A DNA stretch of 64,000 bases from Bacteroidota bacterium (lineage in GTDB: Bacteria; Bacteroidota; Bacteroidia; Chitinophagales; Chitinophagaceae): NCBI GenBank assembly GCA_039795345.1, contig JBDKEH010000022.1:24992-88991 (forward strand), in the 5' to 3' direction. Below, one piece after another: positions 48,954 to 57,334 of this stretch (within the stretch, counting starts at the first letter, position 1; every line of letters begins with the position of its first letter). Position numbers and translations under genes: made by a program. Under the pieces are notes generated by a model. That model was given only the letters and a program-made list of their open reading frames with translations. It had not been told where the DNA came from and ran no database searches.

Positions 48954-49712
48954 ATGTTTTTTATCCTCTCAAAACTGCTTTACTTTCTTTTAATACCTTT
49001 CAACTGGGTATTATTATTGTTGATCGGCTATATCATTACAAAATCACCTGCTCGCAAAAGGATTTTAAAAATATGGATCATCATCATCATTGTTTTGTTT
49101 ACGAATCCATGGCTCTACAAAACCGCTAATAAAGTCTGGCAGGCAGAATATAAAGAGTTAGCAACGAACAAAAATTATGAGATCGGCATACTATTAACAG
49201 GTATGGTTCAATTTGATAGAAAAGATCAAGGCTTTTTTGGGGCTGCAGCTGATCGATTTATACAAACAGCAACACTTTACCATACAAGAAAAATTAAGAA
49301 AGTTCTTGTAACCGGCGGCAGTGGATCACTCTTACATGATTCCCCAGCGGAAGCATTGTACTTGAAAGAAATGTTGATCAAGAATGGAGTTGCTGAAAAG
49401 GATATCATCACTGAACCCTTATCCAGAAATACTTATGAAAATGCGGTCTTTAGCAAAAGAATACTGGATTCATTACAAGTGAATACAACTTCTCTACTCA
49501 TCACCTCTGCTTTACACATGAAAAGATCAGAGGCAGTGTTTAAGAAAGCTCGAGTTGATTTTGAAATCTATGCTACGGATTTTAAAGTAGTGGATGAACG
49601 TTTTGCTATTGATGATACTATGATCCCGGATGTAAAACTTTTAAAAGATTGGAGTCATTTGTTGAAAGAAATGATAGGACTCTGGGTTTATCAACTAACT
49701 GGAAAAGCTTAA
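48954..49712 (+). CDS. YdcF/ElyC-family (DUF218) protein
   Basis: N-terminal TM helices, VTGGSG and SALHMKRS blocks of DUF218. Confidence 0.75.
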   Translation: MFFILSKLLYFLLIPFNWVLLLLIGYIITKSPARKRILKIWIIIIIVLFTNPWLYKTANKVWQAEYKELATNKNYEIGILLTGMVQFDRKDQGFFGAAADRFIQTATLYHTRKIKKVLVTGGSGSLLHDSPAEALYLKEMLIKNGVAEKDIITEPLSRNTYENAVFSKRILDSLQVNTTSLLITSALHMKRSEAVFKKARVDFEIYATDFKVVDERFAIDDTMIPDVKLLKDWSHLLKEMIGLWVYQLTGKA

Positions 49713-49714
49713 TC

Positions 49715-50320
49715 TCACTTTGACCTTTGTATCGTAACAGTATGAAGGTCTTTGAACTTGTAAATCACTTCCTCCATTCTACTTTTGGGTACTCCTATTT
49801 TAAGTAAACAAAATAATTGCAATTCCTGATGAAGAATGGTACAATTGAACTGCTTTACGATCATCATCACTTCATTCATAATTGTATAATCAAAACTAAC
49901 ATCATAATGGATCTCGATTGATTTTTGCACCACCGGAATCATTTGCAAAGCCATAGCCGCAGATGATCTATAGGCATTGATCAATCCAGGCACACCTAAT
50001 AAAGTACCTCCAAAATACCTCACCACAATTACACCTATATCAGTCAACCCTTTACTATCGATTTGTCCTAAAATGGGCTTCCCTGCTGATCCTGAAGGCT
50101 CGCCATCATCACTAACTCTAAAAAGATTACCATCTAATCCTATACGATAAGCAAAACAATGATGAACAGCTTTAGGATGTTCTTTTTTTAGTTGCTGTAA
50201 TTGTTGTTTGAATGCATCCGGACTATTCATGGGAAACGCATATGCCAAAAACCGACTACCGCGATCTTTGAATTCAGCATACCCTTGTTTGTCAATTGTC
50301 TGATAATACTCGTTTTCCAT
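49715..50320 (-). CDS. YigZ/IMPACT-family protein
   Basis: Start moved to MENEYYQ. DRGSRFLAYAF, HHCFAYRIG and DDGEPSGSAG motifs. Confidence 0.85.
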   Translation of the reverse strand: MENEYYQTIDKQGYAEFKDRGSRFLAYAFPMNSPDAFKQQLQQLKKEHPKAVHHCFAYRIGLDGNLFRVSDDGEPSGSAGKPILGQIDSKGLTDIGVIVVRYFGGTLLGVPGLINAYRSSAAMALQMIPVVQKSIEIHYDVSFDYTIMNEVMMIVKQFNCTILHQELQLFCLLKIGVPKSRMEEVIYKFKDLHTVTIQRSK

Positions 50321-50322
50321 TT

Positions 50323-51207
50323 TTATAATTGATCCCCAAATGCGATTAAATAAATAGCCACTAATGACAATAGAATACCCAACCAATTGATCTTAGTCAA
50401 CCGTTCTTTGAACAATAACCATGCAACTACAGCACTAAATAAAACAATACCCATATTATTTACAGGAATACTAGCACTTGTTTGCCATGGACTTTCCTTC
50501 AAGAAATGAACGAGACACCAGATAGAAAAATAATTGGGTATGCCGATTAATATTCCCGCTAAAAGATTTTTCCATGCGAAAAGTTGCTTCTTTCTGATGA
50601 ACTGTAACGCTAAGAATAAAGAACCAATTGTTGCCGCTGAAAAGAAAGAACTAACGAGATAATCATTGTTATTATGCTCATTCACATAAGTAATTTGAAC
50701 ATGATTGATCAATGCATCTAATAATCCGCTGCTGATGAACAATATCAATGGCAATATATATACCCATTTACCGGCTTCTACTTTATTGCCATTTTCCTTG
50801 GGTGCATAACAGGTTAATACCACTGCCACTAATGCTAATGCTACTCCAATTGCTTTCCATCCGGCTACTGTCTCTTGATACAAATACACAGACAATATAA
50901 CCGGAATAATGAGAGATAATTTATTAGCCACAGAAGCTACTGCCACTCCATTTTTTTGTGCTGTAATAGCTACAACGTTAAAAATGCTTACAAACATCGC
51001 CCCCATGATCATTGCCCAAACAAACCAAGGTGTTTTGATATTTTCAGCATGAACAGGAAAAGCACCATTTACAATGGTTCCGGTGATAACACAAGTAATG
51101 TAATTGAAAACAATCGCCTGAAAAACATTGACACCATACCTTTCACAAGCTTTAAAAGAAAGTATGAGATAACTTGTCAATACTATACTTCCAATCAGAT
51201 AAATCAT
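50323..51207 (-). CDS. EamA/DMT-superfamily membrane transporter
   Basis: 294 aa with about ten TM helices. ATGA overlap with ribD. Confidence 0.7.
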   Translation of the reverse strand: MIYLIGSIVLTSYLILSFKACERYGVNVFQAIVFNYITCVITGTIVNGAFPVHAENIKTPWFVWAMIMGAMFVSIFNVVAITAQKNGVAVASVANKLSLIIPVILSVYLYQETVAGWKAIGVALALVAVVLTCYAPKENGNKVEAGKWVYILPLILFISSGLLDALINHVQITYVNEHNNNDYLVSSFFSAATIGSLFLALQFIRKKQLFAWKNLLAGILIGIPNYFSIWCLVHFLKESPWQTSASIPVNNMGIVLFSAVVAWLLFKERLTKINWLGILLSLVAIYLIAFGDQL

Positions 51208-52265
51208 ATTAGCGGTGTAGATTTTGAGTTCATATAGAAGTTAATTTGATCATTCAATGAAATTGAAGAGCCTATAGCAATATGATCGGACAATACAGGT
51301 GCTGCTAATCCTGTTTGAATCTGTAAATTTTTGTTTGTAATGATGCGAGCTTCATCCCATTGATGTTGATCAATGAAAGACTGCAACAATCGGGCGCCCC
51401 CTTCAACTAAAATACTTTGAATACCATTTGTATAACAATAATCTAATAGCTCATCTATCAGTGGTTTGCCTTCCTTAAGTTTCACATAAGTGATCGGACC
51501 ACTATTTTCATGCTTCAGTTCATTGAAAACAACCAAAGGTTGTCCATCATTGAACAGTACAAGTTGATGGGGCAGGCGTAATTTTTTATCGATTACCAAT
51601 CGCAGAGGTGATTTACCCATCCAATATCTATTATTGAGTGATGGATCATCCTTTACTGCAGTTTCTGTACCGATCAATATAGCAGCTTCTTCGCTTCTCC
51701 AGCGATGAACAATACGATTGGTTTGTTCGTGAGTGATCAGTAATCGCGTATCAGATATCCCCGCTATAAAACCATCATTTGTTTGTGCCCATTTCAAAAT
51801 AATATAGGGGCGCTTTTGCTGATGAAAACAAAAGAATCGCTGATTCAATGTAATGGCCTCTTTTTCCAATATACCGGTGATAACTTCCACACCCGCTTTT
51901 TGTAACTGCTCAATACCTTTTCCATTTACTGCTTCGAAAGGATCTCTACAGCCAATGACAACTTTGGGGATTTTTTTCTCTATGATCAATTGACTGCATG
52001 GTGGCGTTTTTCCAAAATGAGCACAAGGTTCTAACGATACATACAATGTTGAAAGGGGAATCAAATGTTCATCAGATTTATGAACAGATCGAATACAATT
52101 GACTTCTGCATGCGGACCACCATATACTTGATGCCACCCTTCTCCTATGATCCTGTTTTCATATACCAAAACAGCTCCAACCATTGGATTGGGCGCTACC
52201 CTACCGGCTCCATGACGGGCCAATTCGAGGCAACGAAACATATACTGTTGATGAAGATCAGACAT
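51204..52265 (-). CDS. ribD: Bifunctional diaminohydroxyphosphoribosylaminopyrimidine deaminase / 5-amino-6-(5-phosphoribosylamino)uracil reductase
   Basis: CMP/dCMP deaminase zinc motifs HAE and PCxxC (EPCAHFGKTPPC) plus a C-terminal RibD reductase domain. Confidence 0.9.
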   Translation of the reverse strand: MSDLHQQYMFRCLELARHGAGRVAPNPMVGAVLVYENRIIGEGWHQVYGGPHAEVNCIRSVHKSDEHLIPLSTLYVSLEPCAHFGKTPPCSQLIIEKKIPKVVIGCRDPFEAVNGKGIEQLQKAGVEVITGILEKEAITLNQRFFCFHQQKRPYIILKWAQTNDGFIAGISDTRLLITHEQTNRIVHRWRSEEAAILIGTETAVKDDPSLNNRYWMGKSPLRLVIDKKLRLPHQLVLFNDGQPLVVFNELKHENSGPITYVKLKEGKPLIDELLDYCYTNGIQSILVEGGARLLQSFIDQHQWDEARIITNKNLQIQTGLAAPVLSDHIAIGSSISLNDQINFYMNSKSTPLI

Positions 52266-52308
52266 AAGGAATAGACAAAAATAGCCAAATGGTGCTTAAC
52301 ATTGCAGC

Positions 52309-53160
52309 ATGACCATTGAATCGGCAAAAGATCAACTCATTCAGCAACTGTCTTCTCTGTACGATCCGAGAGAATCAGCCGGCATTACCAATATGGTACT
52401 AGAGCATCTTACCGGTATGAATAGAACCGATCGTATGATTCATAAAAATCAATCACTTACCGATATTCAGGAACAGGAGCTCCATCATATTACCTCTTCG
52501 TTGTTGAACAATCAACCCATACAATACATTTTAGGAGAAGCCTGGTTTGCAGGAATAAAGTTTATTGTGAATGAACATACATTGATTCCCAGACCGGAAA
52601 CTGAAGAGCTTGTTGAATGGATCAAAGCTACTGCCAATCCAGCGCCTCAAAGTATCTTAGATATTGGAACAGGGAGTGGCTGTATCCCCATTACTCTTAA
52701 AAAAGAATTTCCCCTTTGGCACATCCATGCAATTGATGTAAGTAATGATACACTTCAAGTTGCAAAACAAAATGCAACCTTAAATAATACATCCATCGAC
52801 TTTATTTGTACAGATTTTTTGAATGAAACATCATGGCAGGATCTACCTGATTACCATATTATCGTTAGCAATCCCCCATATATCAAACAATCAGAAAAAG
52901 ACAGCATGTCGACTCATGTAGTAGAACATGAGCCACATCTTGCATTGTTTGTTCCTGATGATGACGCGTTGATCTTTTACAGAAAAATTGCAACTTTTGG
53001 ACACACCCATTTAAAAAAGAATGGGAAACTCTTTTTTGAGATCAATCAATTATTGGGAGAACAAGTATCAACACTTCTCCAACAAATGGGTTATACTACT
53101 ATACTGAGAAAAGACCTACATGGAAACGATCGTATGATCATGGCAACTCCAGTAGAATAG
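52309..53160 (+). CDS. prmC: Release factor glutamine N5-methyltransferase
   Basis: DIGTGSG SAM motif and the NPPY catalytic motif (SNPPYI). Confidence 0.9.
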   Translation: MTIESAKDQLIQQLSSLYDPRESAGITNMVLEHLTGMNRTDRMIHKNQSLTDIQEQELHHITSSLLNNQPIQYILGEAWFAGIKFIVNEHTLIPRPETEELVEWIKATANPAPQSILDIGTGSGCIPITLKKEFPLWHIHAIDVSNDTLQVAKQNATLNNTSIDFICTDFLNETSWQDLPDYHIIVSNPPYIKQSEKDSMSTHVVEHEPHLALFVPDDDALIFYRKIATFGHTHLKKNGKLFFEINQLLGEQVSTLLQQMGYTTILRKDLHGNDRMIMATPVE

Positions 53161-53161
53161 A

Positions 53162-53563
53162 TTATTGACCTGAGTTATCTACTGCCATTACAGGTGTTGC
53201 TCCTAATTTCTTGATCACCTGCATTACTTTGATCGCAGTTCCTAAATGAGAAGTACTGTCTCCATTGATGACAACAGAAGGCTTTTCTGTTTCCTTAGAA
53301 AGAAACGCTTTTAATTCAGGTTCAAGCTGCTCCAGCGTTGTCCTTTGTGAACCAATGTACAGGTTTTGATCTTTATCGACAGTAATTACAACCGTTTGCT
53401 TTGATTTAGTATCACTCTTGGCCTTAGGGTTTGATACTTTGATCACATTGGGATTGGCGAGTGTTGAAACGATCAGAAAGAACAATAAGAGAATGAACAG
53501 GATATCATTCAATGCTCCTGTATGCATTTCGGGATGTGTTCTTAATCTTTTTCTGATGTTCAT
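53162..53563 (-). CDS. exbD: ExbD/TolR-family biopolymer transport protein
   Basis: 133 aa with a single TM (LNDILFILLLFFLIV) and a periplasmic domain. Confidence 0.85.
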   Translation of the reverse strand: MNIRKRLRTHPEMHTGALNDILFILLLFFLIVSTLANPNVIKVSNPKAKSDTKSKQTVVITVDKDQNLYIGSQRTTLEQLEPELKAFLSKETEKPSVVINGDSTSHLGTAIKVMQVIKKLGATPVMAVDNSGQ

Positions 53564-53587
53564 ATACTTTCTTTACCGATGTATGAA

Positions 53588-54271
53588 TTAGCGAGTAGGT
53601 TCCTGCAGAATATCAATGAATTCAGCACTTGCTGCCTCCATCTTATTGGCTGTTTTATCAATTTGTGTACTCAAAAAGTTATGACCTACATAAGCGATCA
53701 ATCCAATGATCAAACCAGTAGCTGAAGTGATCATTTTTGTGTAAATACCTCCGGCGATGGTATTCAGCGTATATTCTCCGGTAGATGCAATACCATAAAA
53801 TAACTGTACCATACCAACGATCGTTCCAAGGAATCCAAACATCGGTGCAATACCTGCAATCAAAGAGAGAATATTGAGGTTACGTTCCATGCTGTACATT
53901 TCCAGCTTACCTACATTCTCCATGCTCTTTTCAATCGCATCCAAAGGTTTACCAATACGTTGAATACCTTTATCGATCATTCGAGCTACGGGATTATTGG
54001 TATTTTTTGCAAGGTTTCTGGCAGCCTGTACATTCCCAGACATGATATTATCACGAATGATATTCATGAAATTCGGTTCAATACGCGAAGCTTTACGAAT
54101 AGCCATCAGACGCTCTACAAATACAAAAATGGCTGCTATCAACAAGCCATACAATGGATACATGATCCAGCCACCTTTCTGAAGCAAACTCCACATGGAA
54201 ATTTTTTCCGCGGCTGCGGCTACAGTACCGACTGCTTGTTGAACACTATCAATCTGCAGAAAATAGAACAT
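53588..54271 (-). CDS. exbB: MotA/TolQ/ExbB proton-channel protein
   Basis: Three TM helices and the conserved IAPMFGFLGTIVGM segment. Confidence 0.85.
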   Translation of the reverse strand: MFYFLQIDSVQQAVGTVAAAAEKISMWSLLQKGGWIMYPLYGLLIAAIFVFVERLMAIRKASRIEPNFMNIIRDNIMSGNVQAARNLAKNTNNPVARMIDKGIQRIGKPLDAIEKSMENVGKLEMYSMERNLNILSLIAGIAPMFGFLGTIVGMVQLFYGIASTGEYTLNTIAGGIYTKMITSATGLIIGLIAYVGHNFLSTQIDKTANKMEAASAEFIDILQEPTR

Positions 54272-54410
54272 ACCTGTTGATTTGGGTTAGGCTAAAATTA
54301 GACCCTAACGCAAAAGAAAGGTGTGCATGTGAATAAAATTAATTCCACACTGCTTTTTAGGAAAGCTTTTGCACATAAATGATGGAGGAAGGGTTGATTT
54401 CACGAGGTCT

Positions 54411-54483
54411 TAACAGTTGGAGAGTTGACAGTTGACAGTAAAGAACTTTGCTCCTATCAACTTTCAACTACAAACTATCAACT
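54411..54483. repeat. Imperfect hairpin built from ACAGTTG / CTNNCAA words
   Basis: GTTG at 54416, 54424 and 54431; CAAC at 54458, 54465 and 54479 plus CAAAC at 54471. 54424-54438 pairs with 54454-54468 with two mismatches. It lies immediately after the SPFH stop codon on the minus strand. Confidence 0.6.
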
Positions 54484-55410
54484 ATTATTCCCCTCTTTCA
54501 TCTTCATCATCGCCATGATCTGCTGCATGGTTCTGTCCATACCGTTGGCACTACCATCAAGAAAGATCACGTTGCCTTTACCGTATTCAGCAAAGTTTTT
54601 CACGGCTTCGGTCCACATACTAAAGAGGATCACATTGGTATCTAAATTGGCTTGCTTCATTTGTTCTGCGGCCTGACTCATACCTCTGGCTACTTCTTGT
54701 CTGAACAATGCCACACCCTGACCACGCAAACGAGCTGCTTCTCTTTCAGCTTCGGCTGCAATCTTAATAGCATTACCTTCTGCCTCGGCAGCTTTTGTTT
54801 TAGTGATCAACAAAGCTTGACCCTCATTCTCAGCTGCAGCTTTGAGGTTATTACTTGCTACCACTTTACTCATACTCTCCATGATACGGGCATCGAAAGT
54901 GATATCGTTGATTTGTAGATCCTGCAAGTGGTATCCCCAATCTTCCAATGAAATATCGATCTGCTCTTTTACGAACTCAACGATCTCTCTACGAAGTAAC
55001 AATATCTCAGCCTGACGTTTGGTAGCTACGTAAGAACGAATACTACCTTCAACAGTTCTGATCAAAGCCTGCATCAGGTCTTTATCACTAATGAATTTGA
55101 ATGCAACATTCTTGATGGTTTCTTCATCCTGATTCAATACAGAATACAGTAACATGCTTTTGAAGTTCACATTTGCCTGATCGATTGTTACTGCCTGAAA
55201 CTCTAACTCTACAGAGCGGTTCTGGATACTGACTGTTTTAAACACCTGTTCCAGTATTGGAATTTTGACATTCAAGCCGGGTCTGAGTATTCTTCTGTAT
55301 TTACCAAACATGGTGAGTACAGCAATGGTACCCTGATTAACAGTTACCAGCGATAAGAAAGCAAGTAGGATCAGAACAATGATCCATCCGAAATTGGTTA
55401 GAAACTCCAT
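54478..55410 (-). CDS. SPFH/Band 7 (prohibitin-like) domain protein
   Basis: N-terminal TM, an SPFH domain and an alanine/glutamate-rich coiled region (KTKAAEAEGNAIKIAAEAEREAARLR). Confidence 0.85.
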   Translation of the reverse strand: MEFLTNFGWIIVLILLAFLSLVTVNQGTIAVLTMFGKYRRILRPGLNVKIPILEQVFKTVSIQNRSVELEFQAVTIDQANVNFKSMLLYSVLNQDEETIKNVAFKFISDKDLMQALIRTVEGSIRSYVATKRQAEILLLRREIVEFVKEQIDISLEDWGYHLQDLQINDITFDARIMESMSKVVASNNLKAAAENEGQALLITKTKAAEAEGNAIKIAAEAEREAARLRGQGVALFRQEVARGMSQAAEQMKQANLDTNVILFSMWTEAVKNFAEYGKGNVIFLDGSANGMDRTMQQIMAMMKMKEGNNS

Positions 55411-55490
55411 GATTCTGCAGTTTTGATTTCACAACTAATGTAATCAATTAGTAGTGGGTTTTGTTGCTTTATTACATGGAATCGCCGTAT

Positions 55491-56330
55491 TTATTTCCCC
55501 CATTGAATTTCAGTCAGTATCGGAAAATGATCGGAAGGAAATTTACCAGAATAAGAATCTGTCAATACGCCCCATCTTTTCACGGCAAAATGAGTAGATA
55601 TGAAAACATGATCGATGATATCCGCTGTATTGAAGTTTCTTCCAAAATTTTGAAAACTCCCATTATTGACATAAGGATATTTGACTTCTCGGAAACTATC
55701 TTTCAGTACTCCTGAATGGGCGATGGATTGATACCATTCAGAACCATGATCCCCATTGAAATCACCGGTTAAGACGACAGGATCATTTCCACTGATGGAT
55801 TGGATCTTTGATAATAACAACTTACTACTCTCTCTTCTCGCAATCAAACCCTGATGATCATAATGAACATTGAAACAGTAAAAGGTTCTACCTGTTAATT
55901 GATCTTTTAACTGAACCCATGAGCAAATTCGGTTAATACGAGCATCCCATCCAAAGCCCGGCTTATCAGGTGTTTCAGACAACCAGAAATCACCGCTTTT
56001 CAAGAGCGTGAATTTTTCTTTTTTATAAAAGATCGCAGCGTATTCGCCTTTTGTTTGACCATCATCTCTTCCAATACCGTAACGTTCATATTGAGGGAGC
56101 TGTTGTTGGATGTCATCCAGTTGATGCTTCAATCCTTCCTGTGTCCCAAAAACATCAAAATCATGAAAGCGGATCAGAGACGCTACATAGGCTTTTCTAT
56201 CAACCCACAAGTTGCCTGAATCACGTGGATTATCGTAGCGAATATTAAAAGTTCCTACAATGATGGATTGTGCATCGATTGAAGGGCAGAATACACAAGT
56301 GATTGTAAAAAACAGAAGCCATTTTTTCAT
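55491..56330 (-). CDS. Endonuclease/exonuclease/phosphatase-family protein, secreted
   Basis: Start moved to MKKWLLFFTITCVFCPSIDAQ. FGTQE, TGDFN and SDHFP catalytic blocks. Confidence 0.85.
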   Translation of the reverse strand: MKKWLLFFTITCVFCPSIDAQSIIVGTFNIRYDNPRDSGNLWVDRKAYVASLIRFHDFDVFGTQEGLKHQLDDIQQQLPQYERYGIGRDDGQTKGEYAAIFYKKEKFTLLKSGDFWLSETPDKPGFGWDARINRICSWVQLKDQLTGRTFYCFNVHYDHQGLIARRESSKLLLSKIQSISGNDPVVLTGDFNGDHGSEWYQSIAHSGVLKDSFREVKYPYVNNGSFQNFGRNFNTADIIDHVFISTHFAVKRWGVLTDSYSGKFPSDHFPILTEIQWGK

Positions 56331-56398
56331 TGTATGAATGTAACTCAAAACTCGATTGTTCATTCATATGATCGATCAAGTTATTGTAAACAGGTTTT

Positions 56399-56430
56399 TT
56401 TGGGAATAATTCAAGTAGCGGTTACATTTG
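56399..56430 (+). promoter_or_regulatory. Consensus-like Bacteroidota promoter (-33 TTTG, 20-nt spacer, -7 TACATTTG) upstream of tRNA-Ala
   Basis: TTTG at 56399-56402 and TACATTTG at 56423-56430. The predicted TSS near 56435 gives a leader of about 78 nt. Confidence 0.55.
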
Positions 56431-56440
56431 CACTCCTGTC

Positions 56441-56493
56441 TGAGGGCTTAGTTTGCTTGACTAGAGTTTCTCGATGACAATCGGGAAGGCCAC
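56441..56493 (+). pseudogene. tRNA-like fragment (5' portion: D-arm and anticodon-arm-like, decayed)
   Basis: TAGTTTGCTTGACTAGAGT-TTCTCGATGACAATCGGGAAGGCCAC aligns with positions 8-50 of the adjacent tRNA-Ala (TAGCTCAGTTGGCTAGAGCG-CTTGCATGGCATGCAAGAGGCCAC). No T-arm follows. Confidence 0.5.
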
Positions 56494-56512
56494 TAGTAGA
56501 ATAAATAATTTT

Positions 56513-56586
<74 letters not shown>

Positions 56587-56595
56587 CAGAAAATG

Positions 56596-56620
56596 AAGGT
56601 TGCTTTTGCAGCCTTTTTTT
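56596..56620 (+). terminator. Intrinsic terminator after tRNA-Ala
   Basis: AAGGTTGC-TTTT-GCAGCCTT followed by a T-run. Confidence 0.75.
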
Positions 56621-56634
56621 ATGCAATCAACTTT

Positions 56635-56692
56635 TGGAATGAGCGCCCCGGTCACATCGGGAAGGCTACCGGTTCGAATCCGGTATTCTCAC
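56635..56692 (+). pseudogene. 5'-truncated tRNA-like fragment (anticodon arm with CAC, intact T-arm and 3' acceptor strand)
   Basis: GGAATGAGCGC-CCCG-GTCACAT-CGGG-AAGGCT-ACCGG-TTCGAAT-CCGGT-ATTCTCA. The T-arm and acceptor differ at only two of about 30 positions from tRNA-Ala. No 5' acceptor strand is present. It is followed by a CACC-TTCG-GGTG hairpin and a T-run. Confidence 0.6.
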
Positions 56693-56719
56693 AAGCTTTA
56701 AACCACCTTCGGGTGTTTT

Positions 56720-57220
56720 TTATATCCATCCTCTCTCCTTAAACATATCATACCCAATCTTCAAAGACTCTTTGATCTGATCCATGATCACCGGATCCTG
56801 TTTTTTGATATGAAAACAACTTTTCCCTTTCAAACATTTCAACAACTCCGGCTTGAAGACTTTTTTCATATCGGGAGCTGCATAAACAGGCATAAAATAA
56901 AATCCTACGTATCCTTTCTGAACCAATATTCCGGCAAACCATACTTCCTCTTTTTTCCTGCCTTGTATCTCTACTGTTTTCTGACTGATCAAACATAGCA
57001 TACCTCCATTTCCACCGATCATCTTCAATTTCTTTTTCTCGTAAGGCAACATCATCTTTTTAATCGCTTCAAAAATGACCACCATTTCCGGCTGTCCGGC
57101 AGATTTATCCGAGTATTTGATGGTAGGCTCTTTCTTTGCTTTTTCAGGCTTTGCTTTCTTTACAGGTGTTGCCTTTTCGACTGCTTTCTTCACCGCCTTT
57201 TTTGCTACTGCTTTTGCCAT
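56720..57220 (-). CDS. DUF1801 (YdhG-like) domain protein with a Lys/Ala-rich histone-H1-like N-terminal tail
   Basis: The first roughly 32 aa read MAKAVAKKAVKKAVEKATPVKKAKPEKAKKEP. The remainder resembles DUF1801 (GFYFMPVY..LKGKSCFHIK). Confidence 0.6.
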   Translation of the reverse strand: MAKAVAKKAVKKAVEKATPVKKAKPEKAKKEPTIKYSDKSAGQPEMVVIFEAIKKMMLPYEKKKLKMIGGNGGMLCLISQKTVEIQGRKKEEVWFAGILVQKGYVGFYFMPVYAAPDMKKVFKPELLKCLKGKSCFHIKKQDPVIMDQIKESLKIGYDMFKERGWI

Positions 57221-57286
57221 AATTAATAGTTATGGATACAAATTAACCCCCTCTACTTGCATTTGCAACACCCTCATAAAAAAAGT

Positions 57287-57303
57287 CCGGAGAACATCTC
57301 CGA
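57287..57303 (-). terminator. Intrinsic terminator of gltA
   Basis: CGGAGA-ACA-TCTCCG core with flanking A/T runs. The minus strand reads AAAAAGTTCGGAGATGTTCTCCGGACTTTTTTT. Confidence 0.7.
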
Positions 57304-57306
57304 ACT

Positions 57307-57334
57307 TTTTGACTTTTCACTTTTGACTTTTCAC
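57307..57334. repeat. Tandem 14-mer (two TTTTNAC heptamers) x2 directly after the gltA stop codon
   Basis: TTTTGACTTTTCAC occurs at 57307-57320 and again at 57321-57334. Confidence 0.85.

Noticed and set aside
52266-52308. FMN riboswitch upstream of ribD; lysine riboswitch upstream of dapD at 25511-25580
   Set aside because: The intergenic regions are only 43 nt and 70 nt, too short for either aptamer, and no conserved aptamer motifs were seen.
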